Virus record (IMG/VR): IMGVR_UViG_3300033153_009458
Span: 87,142-151,141 of that record
Reading direction: 5' to 3' (one strand)
Source: a virus
DNA: 64,000 bases
The position numbers and the translations under genes are program-made. This document shows positions 1 through 9,215 of this stretch, in pieces (the first letter of the stretch is position 1; each line of letters begins with the position of its first letter). The notes beneath the pieces were generated by a model, which saw only the letters and a list, made by a program, of their open reading frames with translations, had not been told where the DNA came from and made no database searches.

Positions 1-18
1 ATAAAGACAAGGAAAAAG

Positions 19-324
19 ATGAAAAATAATTTTGAAAAAGTATTAAGCGAATTGACCGAAGGCAAAAAGGATTACGAAATTCATCACAAAGCATACTACA
101 AAGCGGTTGATGAAATTTTAGCTTTCATCAAGAAAAATGGATACGAAGTTTCAGACGATGAAGTATTCAACCAAATTTCCACTGGTGGAAAGCCCGGACG
201 TGAAAAAACAAAACGAATACGACTCGAATTAACCAAAAACGATAAGGTCCAGCGGAAAGCGATGAATGCACAAGTTTATCAGTTACCACACGGAACTTTT
301 GAACTCAACATGTACATACAATAA
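19..324 (+). CDS. Putative internal head protein with capsid-targeting-like leader
   Basis: N-terminus MKNNFEKVLSELTE ends in LxE like the gp21 cleavage consensus; SD AAGGA upstream; first of a tandem array. Confidence 0.55.
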   Translation: MKNNFEKVLSELTEGKKDYEIHHKAYYKAVDEILAFIKKNGYEVSDDEVFNQISTGGKPGREKTKRIRLELTKNDKVQRKAMNAQVYQLPHGTFELNMYIQ

Positions 325-331
325 GGATAAT

Positions 332-622
332 ATGAAACAAACAGAAGAAGAAATTTTAGCATTACTTGAAGATAAAGACATCCTGAATGAAGGTGAAGAT
401 GTTATCCAGAAAGTAGCCGATATTGCAAAAGGAAAAACCCTTATGAATTTAAGGACACCACTTCAATCAATATTCAAGAAAAAAGATATCGATTTTGTAA
501 TGAATCCAATTGCACATTTTAGGATTAAAGTCGGTGGAAAAACGCTCGTAATTGTAAACAAAAAATACGCTGATGGTGCTGAACAGGTAGTCGGTGACAT
601 AGCAATAGGATATGACAGGTAA
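332..622 (+). CDS. Putative internal head protein (start moved to MKQTEEE)
   Basis: SD TAAGGA before ATG 332, in frame with ORF 266..622; acidic leader ending ILNE. Confidence 0.5.
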   Translation: MKQTEEEILALLEDKDILNEGEDVIQKVADIAKGKTLMNLRTPLQSIFKKKDIDFVMNPIAHFRIKVGGKTLVIVNKKYADGAEQVVGDIAIGYDR

Positions 623-625
623 AAT

Positions 626-880
626 ATGAAAACATTTAAAGAACAACTAGAAAAAAATCTTGAAGAAATATCAATGGGTGATAGTCTTAGTGTTTTTAAT
701 GAAAATGGAAAAGAATTAGGTGATATACTTTTAAAAGCCATTAGATTTACTAAAAGTGGGGGTAATTTTGAAAATCAAGCTAGAGATGTCACTGGTTCAA
801 CTTCTCAAATAAAAAATATCAATAAAAAATTGATTGAATGTTCAAGTGAATTAAAAAAAATAATTAAAAAAGCTAAATAA
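626..880 (+). CDS. Putative internal head protein
   Basis: MKTFKEQLEKNLEE resembles the T4 internal-protein capsid-targeting sequence MKTYQEFIAE. Confidence 0.6.
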   Translation: MKTFKEQLEKNLEEISMGDSLSVFNENGKELGDILLKAIRFTKSGGNFENQARDVTGSTSQIKNINKKLIECSSELKKIIKKAK

Positions 881-1120
881 ATGTCCTTTAAACAATTTTT
901 AGCGGGTGGTTACAAACAAGGAATTTTAACCCGTGATATGACTTTTTTTAGTGGTGGTGTTGGGAAGCTAAAAGTCGAAACAAACTCTATTGTCAATTTC
1001 AAAATTACAGACAACCGAGAAGTCAAAGGTTATAATTTGTACATGGAATTCCGGGATCACAATTTACAAATAAATCTGAAAAGAGAAGAAGATTACAAAA
1101 AATACATAACAGAGATATAA
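881..1120 (+). CDS. Small protein with CTS-like start
   Basis: MSFKQFL start; abuts neighbouring genes. Confidence 0.45.
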   Translation: MSFKQFLAGGYKQGILTRDMTFFSGGVGKLKVETNSIVNFKITDNREVKGYNLYMEFRDHNLQINLKREEDYKKYITEI

Positions 1121-1121
1121 T

Positions 1122-1421
1122 ATGGAAATATTCGAAAAAATATTAAAAAACCAGTTAACCGAAGCTGGTATGTTGCAAAATTCTTTACCAGATTTACAAA
1201 AAATCGTTGCAAAAAGATTTATGTTAAATTTCAATGATTCTTTAGATATAGCAAATGCTCTTGTGAATATTCATAGAATTTCAAAACAAAAATCACTTAA
1301 AATTGCCGCTATACCCAATTGGATAAGTAAACAAAAAATGGATACTAGTTCTTCACCACAATTAAAAGGAGCACCGGCAAACATGCAAGTCTATGACACA
1401 AAAAATGGAAAAAGGAGATAA
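1122..1421 (+). CDS. Putative internal head protein
   Basis: MEIFEKILKNQLTE leader. Confidence 0.5.
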   Translation: MEIFEKILKNQLTEAGMLQNSLPDLQKIVAKRFMLNFNDSLDIANALVNIHRISKQKSLKIAAIPNWISKQKMDTSSSPQLKGAPANMQVYDTKNGKRR

Positions 1422-1422
1422 T

Positions 1423-1677
1423 ATGAAAACATTTGAAGAATTAGTAAATAAGAATTTGAATGAAGTGTTTGATGATAAAACATACAAAATGTTAATACAA
1501 ACTCTGTCTATTCAATTCAAAAAAAACGGGTATGATTGGTTATCACAAAAGGCCGAATATATATCCAAAAATCACAAAGATGCTATAAAATATTTGAAAA
1601 AATTTAGAAAAGAAACTGAATCAATAGCATATAAAATTATTCAAGACGTAAAACACGGTATCAATAACCAACATTAA
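1423..1677 (+). CDS. Putative internal head protein (start moved to MKTFEE)
   Basis: SD AAAGGAG before ATG 1423; leader MKTFEELVNKNLNE. Confidence 0.6.
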   Translation: MKTFEELVNKNLNEVFDDKTYKMLIQTLSIQFKKNGYDWLSQKAEYISKNHKDAIKYLKKFRKETESIAYKIIQDVKHGINNQH

Positions 1678-1687
1678 AAGGAAAAAT

Positions 1688-1909
1688 ATGAACAACTTTG
1701 AAAGATTACACGAAGAATTAACAGAAAAAAGCTTATCAGATGGAGAAGTTACGAACATGCTGAATCAATTAGTATCAAAAACCAAAGACGCTAAAAGCGG
1801 ATCGGGTGTTGATATTAACAAAATGGCAAAGTCTATGTTGTCTAAAGATGGAGATCTTTCACCTGATCAGGTGAAATGGGCTATGCAAACATCAAAATCA
1901 TTATCGTAA
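1688..1909 (+). CDS. Putative internal head protein
   Basis: Leader MNNFERLHEELTE, identical to that of the next gene. Confidence 0.6.
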   Translation: MNNFERLHEELTEKSLSDGEVTNMLNQLVSKTKDAKSGSGVDINKMAKSMLSKDGDLSPDQVKWAMQTSKSLS

Positions 1910-1918
1910 AAGGGTATC

Positions 1919-2143
1919 ATGAATAACTTTGAAAGACTTCATGAAGAATTGACAGAAAATGCACGAGAAGATAAAGCCAAGGCTAAAAAACTTGCTAAAT
2001 GGTATTACGATGAATACAAAGGCAATTATAAAAAGGCGCACAAAGCTATTTTAAGTAATGTTGTGAATAGTGGCAATCCGAATAATTCTAATCAATTTGT
2101 CGCATTTCTTTGGGATGAAGTCAAGAAACTTTGGCCCTCTTAA
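1919..2143 (+). CDS. Putative internal head protein
   Basis: Leader MNNFERLHEELTE, identical to that of the previous gene, with an unrelated body. Confidence 0.6.
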   Translation: MNNFERLHEELTENAREDKAKAKKLAKWYYDEYKGNYKKAHKAILSNVVNSGNPNNSNQFVAFLWDEVKKLWPS

Positions 2144-2173
2144 TGTAATTGCAAAAAGTAGGCCATAAAGCTC

Positions 2174-2181
2174 TATAAATA
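2174..2181 (+). promoter_or_regulatory. T4-type late promoter
   Basis: Intergenic TATAAATA upstream of ORF 2203. Confidence 0.65.
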
Positions 2182-2202
2182 GTCATTGTACTTTTCAAAG
2201 GA

Positions 2203-2514
2203 ATGATTATGCAAGAGCTAATAGAGCTATTTTTTAAGAAAGCAAGGAGATTTCGAACAACCGAGTCGATCATCCTTGATATTAAAGCAATTAAGAAAGT
2301 GAATAATTTAATCACTAAATTTTTGCGATCAGACAACGAAAGAAAATATTACGAAGAAGTTATAAATACCTTTATATCGATGAATAACTCTTATAAATTG
2401 ATGGATGTAATAAATCAGATAAAAGAATTATACATCGACGAAGAAAATAAACAATTTTTCGATGAACTCATAGATGAATATAAAAGAAGAAGGGACCGGA
2501 ACAACGACAGGTGA
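2203..2514 (+). CDS. Hypothetical protein
   Basis: ORF behind a late promoter with SD AAGGA. Confidence 0.55.
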   Translation: MIMQELIELFFKKARRFRTTESIILDIKAIKKVNNLITKFLRSDNERKYYEEVINTFISMNNSYKLMDVINQIKELYIDEENKQFFDELIDEYKRRRDRNNDR

Positions 2515-2854
2515 TGTCGCTATTCCAACAGATGCATCAAAACTAGGGAAACCCAAAAAACGGAAAAAAGATAAGGAAAATGACATGGAAAAAGTAACAA
2601 AAGAGAAATACGAAGTTTACCAGCAAGGTGACTACACAGTATTCGAAATTAAAGAACAATACGATTTTGATCATTACATGGCTGGTTTGAAAAAAAATAA
2701 CCTGAGATATTGGCGTCAAAACGAAACTGTATCTACTATGCTAGAATATTTTCAGCAACACAAACATGCTGGTTTCGTTGTAAAATTTCAAGACCAAGTT
2801 TCAGCTCCACAAAAGTATTTCAGAGAATACGATTCTGGATACTCAAAGATATAA
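2474..2854 (+). CDS. Hypothetical protein, possibly gp21-processed (MNIKEE-GTGTTTGDVA)
   Basis: ORF track; short IxE leader. Confidence 0.45.
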   Translation: MNIKEEGTGTTTGDVAIPTDASKLGKPKKRKKDKENDMEKVTKEKYEVYQQGDYTVFEIKEQYDFDHYMAGLKKNNLRYWRQNETVSTMLEYFQQHKHAGFVVKFQDQVSAPQKYFREYDSGYSKI

Positions 2855-2882
2855 CCACTAAATTTGTCAGGGGATTTTTCCC

Positions 2883-2912
2883 TTGACAACATTTCAAACG
2901 TTCTGATAATAT
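2883..2912 (+). promoter_or_regulatory. sigma70-type promoter upstream of the tRNA
   Basis: TTGACA at 2883, TAATAT 18 bp later. Confidence 0.5.
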
Positions 2913-2942
2913 AATAATGTAGTGCCATACTATGTCCAAAAC

Positions 2943-3017
2943 AGGGGTGTAGCTCAGTGGTAGAGCATCTGATTCCAAACCAGAGTGTCGAGCGTCCGAT
3001 TCGTTCCATCCCTGCCA
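2943..3017 (+). tRNA. tRNA-Trp (CCA)
   Basis: Acceptor stem AGGGGTG/CATCCCT, G73, encoded CCA end, D-arm GCTC/GAGC, anticodon loop TTCCAAA, T-stem GAGCG/CGTTC. Confidence 0.9.
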
Positions 3018-3037
3018 ACCTAAAAATTCCTTTTTAC

Positions 3038-3066
3038 TTGCAATTATCATCATTTTATTGTATAAT
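3038..3066 (+). promoter_or_regulatory. sigma70-type promoter of the restriction endonuclease
   Basis: TTGCAA-N17-TATAAT. Confidence 0.65.
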
Positions 3067-3102
3067 ATACGTAATATGGCTAACTTTATTATATAATATA
3101 TT

Positions 3103-4065
3103 ATGAGCGAAATGACAGAAAACCAAAAACATATTGATAGAAGATTAAACCAAGCAAAATTCATCCTTAAAAAATTAGGATTAGCACCAGCACAATGTAA
3201 TAATCGTTCCGGTTATGTATTTTTAGCTCTTGCAAATGTAACACCAGACAATATATGGAATAAAGCTGAATCACGTTTATTACCTATACATCTTATAAAT
3301 AAATTTCTAAAAAATTATTATAAAAAAGAATATGATCGAGAAAGTATAAGAAAAGACACGTTACATCAATTTGAACAAGTACAAATAGTACAACGAAACC
3401 GAGACGATCCATTAAGATCTACAAGCAGCGCAAAAAATAATTATTCACTAAATCAGATTATTATTGATATTTTACATCAATATCCGGGTGGTAATTGGCA
3501 AACAAAACTTGAGAAATATCATATATTAGCCCCGGTACTTGACGCTAAGTACGAAAAAGACGTGGATAGTAAAAGAATACCAATAAAATTTCCAGATGAT
3601 ACAGAAATATTTTTATCACCCGGTATGCACAATCAACTTCACGCTGATATTATTCATGAATTTTGTACTAGATTTATTGAAGAGGGTGGACATATTTTGT
3701 ATATTGGTGATACAGCAAGCAGTAGAAATGAAGGTGGGAGATCTCTAATTTTAAAAACTGAATACTTAAAAAAATTGGGAATTGTTTTGTCATCTCATAG
3801 TAAACTTCCAGATGTTGTTATTCACGATGAATTAAAAAACCGGTTATTTATTATAGAAGCTGTAACTAGTTCTGGACCAGTATCACAAAAAAGACTTTTT
3901 GAATTAAAAAAATTATTTTCAAATTGTACAACAAAAATTGAATATATAACAGCATTTCCAGATTATAAAGAATTCAAAAAGCATATCGCTGATATTGCGT
4001 GGGAAACAAAAGTTTGGTTAGCTAGTCAACCTAATCACATAATTCATTTCAAAAATTCCCTTTAG
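3103..4065 (+). CDS. BsuBI/PstI-family type II restriction endonuclease
   Basis: Family motifs LSPGxHNQL..I..EF..RF, YIGDT, KLPDVV, IEAVTSSGPV, IAWETKVW. Confidence 0.8.
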   Translation: MSEMTENQKHIDRRLNQAKFILKKLGLAPAQCNNRSGYVFLALANVTPDNIWNKAESRLLPIHLINKFLKNYYKKEYDRESIRKDTLHQFEQVQIVQRNRDDPLRSTSSAKNNYSLNQIIIDILHQYPGGNWQTKLEKYHILAPVLDAKYEKDVDSKRIPIKFPDDTEIFLSPGMHNQLHADIIHEFCTRFIEEGGHILYIGDTASSRNEGGRSLILKTEYLKKLGIVLSSHSKLPDVVIHDELKNRLFIIEAVTSSGPVSQKRLFELKKLFSNCTTKIEYITAFPDYKEFKKHIADIAWETKVWLASQPNHIIHFKNSL

Positions 4066-4094
4066 TTGCAATTTTCATAAAAACTTGGTACAAT
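4066..4094 (+). promoter_or_regulatory. sigma70-type promoter of the replication operon
   Basis: TTGCAA-N17-TACAAT with extended -10 TG. Confidence 0.65.
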
Positions 4095-4118
4095 AAGATA
4101 TAACTTAAAGGAGTTTTT

Positions 4119-4856
4119 ATGACAGAGATCAATAGATTTTCATTTAGTAGTCAAGAGATTGATATCTTGACCAATTTTCAAGTAATTAATCCGTCTTTAG
4201 TATTCAAAGGAACAAAACTAGAAACTGAAAATGAATCAGGATCAGTAAGTGGTTTTTACAATTTTGATAAAGATAAAGAATTTGGTGAGTTTGGAATATA
4301 CTTACTTCAACAGTTCATTACGATTTTAAAAGAAATGAACGATCACGCTTTAGAAGTAAAACCAAGCGAACGAGAAGTAATTATTCACGATCAACTTAAT
4401 AAATCAAAAACATCTTACAGAACAACACCGGTTGCTGATAGTGGAATGTTCAAAGATATCAAATATCCAAAAAGCTTCAGTTCACAGCCAGAAGTAATCG
4501 ATATTATTTTCCGGGCTGATAAGATCGCTCAGTTAAGAAAAATTGGTGATATTATTGGATTTGATTGTGTGTACATCAATACAGAAATAAACGATATTGT
4601 TAGGTTCATCGGGGCTGATGAAGACCGACAGAACACCGAGAATGCGTACGAAGTAGAGATCAACGAGATTGATGTCAAAACAAACGCACTCGATGAAACT
4701 CTTGTTATTAAACGACCAGAGTTTAACATGTTGCTTCCGGGGTACGATTACAGACTGATAGTTGCGAAGTCCGCTAAGGGTAATTACATGACCAATTGGA
4801 GTAACGTAGGAATAAATTCTTTAGAATATTTTATAGGTATAGGAAAAGAAGACTAA
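4119..4856 (+). CDS. 45: Sliding clamp (gp45-like)
   Basis: ILTNFQVINPSLVF and EFGIY motifs, 245 aa, directly upstream of the clamp loader. Confidence 0.8.
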   Translation: MTEINRFSFSSQEIDILTNFQVINPSLVFKGTKLETENESGSVSGFYNFDKDKEFGEFGIYLLQQFITILKEMNDHALEVKPSEREVIIHDQLNKSKTSYRTTPVADSGMFKDIKYPKSFSSQPEVIDIIFRADKIAQLRKIGDIIGFDCVYINTEINDIVRFIGADEDRQNTENAYEVEINEIDVKTNALDETLVIKRPEFNMLLPGYDYRLIVAKSAKGNYMTNWSNVGINSLEYFIGIGKED

Positions 4857-5797
4857 TGAAAGAATTCTCAATTTGGACGGAAAAATACAGACCACAAAGA
4901 ATAGAGGATTTGATAGCTTCGGATGCGTTAACGAGTTTTTTACAACAATTAAAAATAGATCAAAATTTGCCAAATTTATTATTTAGTGGATCGGCTGGTA
5001 CAGGTAAAACAACAACAGCCAAGGTCATTATTAATGAACTGAATTTGACAAGAGCGTTTCGATTTTTAAATTGTTCAATGGACACATCAATTAATGATAT
5101 CAGAAATAAAGTTAAAGGATTCGCTTCAACGTATTCTTTAGATGACAGTAACATTAAAGTATGTGTCCTTGATGAAGTTGACAGACTATCTCCACAGGCT
5201 ATGGACTCTCTAAAGGGTTTTATTGAGGATACTTACAAGATATGTAGATTCATTTTTATCACAAATCATCTATCCAAAATAATACCACCGTTGCTATCGA
5301 GATTGCAACATTTTTCTTTTGGTGATTCTATCGAAGACGCCCAAAAAATAAAAAAGAAAATGCTTGCTCGATCATTTGATATACTGAAAGAAGAAGAAAT
5401 AGAATTTGATTTAGAAGTAACATGGGATATTGTACAAGAACTTTATCCAGATTACAGAGCTGTTATTAACTCTTTACAAAAAGCATCAAAGGCTTTTGGT
5501 GAGATTGATGAACGTGCTATAAATATACTCGACAGCTCGAAAATAAATGAAGTAATAAAAGTTTTAAAAGATAGAAAATATTCTCATATGCGTGACCTTG
5601 CATCTCGACTAGATCCGAGTGGATTTTACGGTGCATTTTATGAACACATGGAATCGATTTTACAAGATTCATGTAAACCTGATATAATATATATACTAGC
5701 TAAAGGTTCTACGGATATGGGTGTAGCTGTCTATAAGGAAGTTGTACTATTCGAATCTTTATTAAGTTTAGCTAAAGCGGCAACATGGAAAACATAG
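4856..5797 (+). CDS. 44: Clamp loader AAA+ subunit (gp44-like)
   Basis: WTEKYRP, Walker A GSAGTGKTT, LDEVD, PLLSR, YPDYR. Confidence 0.95.
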   Translation: MKEFSIWTEKYRPQRIEDLIASDALTSFLQQLKIDQNLPNLLFSGSAGTGKTTTAKVIINELNLTRAFRFLNCSMDTSINDIRNKVKGFASTYSLDDSNIKVCVLDEVDRLSPQAMDSLKGFIEDTYKICRFIFITNHLSKIIPPLLSRLQHFSFGDSIEDAQKIKKKMLARSFDILKEEEIEFDLEVTWDIVQELYPDYRAVINSLQKASKAFGEIDERAINILDSSKINEVIKVLKDRKYSHMRDLASRLDPSGFYGAFYEHMESILQDSCKPDIIYILAKGSTDMGVAVYKEVVLFESLLSLAKAATWKT

Positions 5798-6147
5798 AAG
5801 AAGATGCAAGGGATTTAACGCTTGTTGATGATATAACAGTTTGTACAGGTGAAAGAACAGATAAGCAATACTGCAATAAAAGCGGGTTGTTACTATCGAT
5901 TTACAACAAAAAAATATTCGTGATGAAATTAGGTGATAATAAAATATCTATTTCTTTTTCGGTTTTGTTGAATCATCAAGAATGCTCAAAAATATTATTA
6001 AATTTAGTTAAAAAATATGACATAGAACCCGAAGAAGATTTTATGTATCACAATGAAGCGGGTCATGTTTTTGGATTAGAAAATATTATGTCTTACGCAA
6101 GAACGGTCAATAAAATGCATACATTAAAAAAATATGACATCAATTAA
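5785..6147 (+). CDS. Hypothetical protein between gp44 and gp62
   Basis: ORF overlapping both neighbours by a few codons. Confidence 0.5.
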   Translation: MENIEEDARDLTLVDDITVCTGERTDKQYCNKSGLLLSIYNKKIFVMKLGDNKISISFSVLLNHQECSKILLNLVKKYDIEPEEDFMYHNEAGHVFGLENIMSYARTVNKMHTLKKYDIN

Positions 6148-6520
6148 AAAGTCACCGTTTGATTTTGTTAAGTCGATCAATAATAAAGAATACATCGAAG
6201 ATATAAAAGGTTTTTCCCCTTATATTGTGACTAATGCTTTGAGTGCTAATAAATTGAATGTCTTAGCAATCAACGCAATTAACAACATTGGTGCTGGTAA
6301 ACTATCAGATCGGGCTATCTATGATTATTATTATCATTTAGTCCGTCAAACAGATAAGTATTACCCGTATCCGAAATCTGTAAAAGATTCAAAAAATTTA
6401 GAATACATAATGAAGTATTTTCAACTGAACGAGCAAACCGCAAAGAGTTATCTAGAACTACTGGAGACAGAAGAAATTGAAGAAATTCGATCTTTTTATG
6501 AAGACCACGGCGTAAAATGA
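6134..6520 (+). CDS. 62: Clamp loader small subunit (gp62-like)
   Basis: SPFDFVKSIN, FSPYIVTNALS, YDYYY, AKSYLELL motifs. Confidence 0.8.
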   Translation: MTSIKKSPFDFVKSINNKEYIEDIKGFSPYIVTNALSANKLNVLAINAINNIGAGKLSDRAIYDYYYHLVRQTDKYYPYPKSVKDSKNLEYIMKYFQLNEQTAKSYLELLETEEIEEIRSFYEDHGVK

Positions 6521-7559
6521 AAAGACTAAGAACAAAGAAAATGCACAAAAATACAAACAAGAATGAATACAGAGGTACAATTCTCAAAGCACTTTTTAAA
6601 AAACATAATACAGAATTTGATATGAAAAATAATCCTTTGTATTTTAGTGAATATTCAAAACCACTCGGTGTTATCCGGGTACAGCCGCTCGAAGATCGGG
6701 CATGAACAAATACAAAAGAACTAAAAAATTAGTTAAAAAATTATCAAAAACAATTAAACCAGATTGGATGAAGGAAATGATAGAGATGAGTAACAGAAAT
6801 TGGAAATTGCATCGTGATGGTATAAAAGAAACAGTCGATGAAATGCTCAAAGATAACGAGTTTTTTTTTAATTCTGAAGATGATAATAAATTAAAGGAAA
6901 AAAATGAAACTAGCAACGATTAGAGTACAATGGGATAATAATGATCTTGGACCATATTGGTTCAATGAAGATACTTTAAAAACGTGTTTATTCAGTACAA
7001 CATATACTGATCCAGATTTATTACATATCGTCGAATACAAAGAAGAAGAAAGTGAAATAAACGAATTTGAAGGAATCAAAACAGGTGAAAAATATATTCT
7101 TGGAATTTCTCAAACAGGATTAAGATTTCAACAAATTGATTTATTGTACCGGTTGAAGGAATACAATGGAGAAATAGGTTATGTAGTAGAATACTCAGGT
7201 AAACAATGGTTATCTTTTGGTAATAGTGCTTTTGAATTATCAGAAATACCAAGTATTTGGTTATTCGCAACGGATTTAAAATAATGAAATTCAGAAATTA
7301 TTTGTTTTTCAAAAATTGGACTATCTTTAAACACGAATGGAACACCGTTGTTACGGATATTGATATTTACAGTGATGAAGATGGAGAACAAAAAACTTAT
7401 TCAGCCGAACACGATTATTTTGCTTTGTATTTTCATATGTGGCCAAGGATTAATTGGAAAAGATTAAAATATGATGGATGTTATTACAGAATAATTTCTT
7501 TTTTATTTTTTAGCATTTCTTTTGGTCAGCAAGGTAGTTGGTACGCAGTAGAAAATTAA
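6517..7559 (+). other. Run of four small hypothetical genes (6517-6705, 6702-6923, 6904-7284, about 7284-7559)
   Basis: Overlapping start/stop packing; no recognised motifs. Confidence 0.5.
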
Positions 7560-7570
7560 TTTCATTCGTT

Positions 7571-7578
7571 CATAAATA
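7571..7578 (+). promoter_or_regulatory. Late promoter variant
   Basis: Intergenic CATAAATA upstream of the Hfq-like and endo VII genes. Confidence 0.5.
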
Positions 7579-7620
7579 AAATAGAATTAAACTAACTATT
7601 AATATGAACCAAGGAATTAT

Positions 7621-7875
7621 ATGAAATCAGTATGGACTGAATTTTTACAACAAAAGAAGGATTCTGGAGAACGTTGTAAAATTTACTTAAATGAAAAGTC
7701 TACAATCTTCCAATACGACAATTCTGGAAACGTAGAACAAGTGAAATTAAACAATATTATGCTATCAGGTGTAATAGACAATTTCGACGAAAGTACGGTT
7801 CGACTCAAGAACCGAGAATGCCTTATTGAAAGACCAAACATCATGACAATAAAAAGTGACAATGGTGGTGGATGA
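7621..7875 (+). CDS. Hfq/LSm-like RNA-binding protein
   Basis: EFLQ..K....CKIYL...IMLSGVIDNFDESTVRLKN...LIERPNIMTI aligns by eye with Hfq Sm1/Sm2, plus an insert of about 20 aa. Confidence 0.6.
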   Translation: MKSVWTEFLQQKKDSGERCKIYLNEKSTIFQYDNSGNVEQVKLNNIMLSGVIDNFDESTVRLKNRECLIERPNIMTIKSDNGGG

Positions 7876-8369
7876 AAGAGTTAAGGCAGATCGAAAGCAA
7901 AGAACTCACCAAAATTCGTGGAGCAATTTTAGACGCACAGGGCTATAAATGTGCTATTTGCGGTCGTCCATTAAATATAGAAATTGCTAACGTTGATCAT
8001 CAACACAAAACAAAAGCTGAAAAATTAGGTGTCAATGGTGCCGGGTTAATACGCGGTGTTTTGTGCCGAGCTTGTAATGTTTTCGAAGGGAAAATTTGGA
8101 ATAATTCAAAGAGGTACAGCGCATACGATAATTTGGTTCAGTGGTTACACGCACTTGCTAATTATCTAAATGATGAGCCGTACCCGTGGATTCATCCAAA
8201 TGAAAAACCAAGACCGCCGGACGTTTCAAAGAGAAATTACAATAAATTAGCTAAACTTTACGCTGAAACTAAAAGAAGAAAAAAGTTTCCCGGATACCCG
8301 AAGTACAAAAAACTGACTAAGGATCTCGAAAAACTTTTTTATGAATTTGAAATTGAACCGTATAATTAA
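7872..8369 (+). CDS. 49: Recombination endonuclease VII (gp49-like)
   Basis: CAIC...VDHQH...IRGVLCRACN..EG, YL, IHP. Confidence 0.9.
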   Translation: MKELRQIESKELTKIRGAILDAQGYKCAICGRPLNIEIANVDHQHKTKAEKLGVNGAGLIRGVLCRACNVFEGKIWNNSKRYSAYDNLVQWLHALANYLNDEPYPWIHPNEKPRPPDVSKRNYNKLAKLYAETKRRKKFPGYPKYKKLTKDLEKLFYEFEIEPYN

Positions 8370-9148
8370 TGAATTTTGTTGTTATGGTCGTTCTTCACCG
8401 ATTGCTTCATATAAATCGTCTAGCACCATTTCATAGGTTTCGGCCATAGCCATATAATGACCGGCTATATTATTTACAGCATTTTTAGCCGATTCATTCG
8501 CCCATGCAAGTTCTTTTTCCCATTTTTCAATGAGTTCTATGATTTTAGCTTCCATGTTGTTTCCTCTTTTAGCCAGTTTTACTTTTTCAGCCGAATCGTC
8601 ATTAAACACTGGATCATCATTGAGCATTTCTGAAACTTTTGCCCAATCTTTTGGCGTTTTGTATGTATCGGTCATTTAGTCTCCTTTTGGATCACAGATT
8701 GCTTTAACAAAATCGGCTTTTTCACCATTGATGTAAAAAAACGTGTCTACGTACGGCCAGCAATTCGGATTATCGTCAAGTGCTTTTTTGAAAACACCAG
8801 AGATGCCTTTGCGAGTGTTTGTACCTTCAATCGTTTTACCTTTCAAAACAATTTTGTATTTGCACAAACCGGTGGGGCGTGGAGTTTCAACATTCGGGCA
8901 AAAACTGAATTTTCCGAGAGTAGCCATTTGTCTCCTTATGTAGTTGTGAAAAAATGCAAGTAATAACCTTCTGTCACACTACACAAATGAAATGTCATTC
9001 TATCAACAAACTCTTCAAAGTCCACATCACGTGGAATCAAAATTTCAGAAATGAAATGACCACTTTTGCAAGGTTTTAAATACACATCAGAACCTTCTTC
9101 AAAAAGTCTTTTTGCCTTTCTTTTGTTAATTTTTAGCATTTCGTGTCC

Positions 9149-9215
9149 TTTGAAGGAGTTTTTTAACTCATTACAATTATAATATGCTCCTTCAAAACAA
9201 CTATGTCAAGGAAAA
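9149..9215 (-). promoter_or_regulatory. Early promoter repeat, copy A
   Basis: TTGACA-tagttgttttgaaggag-CATATT (17-bp spacer). Confidence 0.8.

Noticed and set aside
2788-3164. Minus-strand ORFs 2788-3018 and 2820-3164
   Set aside because: They are antisense to the tRNA-Trp and its promoters; typical shadow ORFs.
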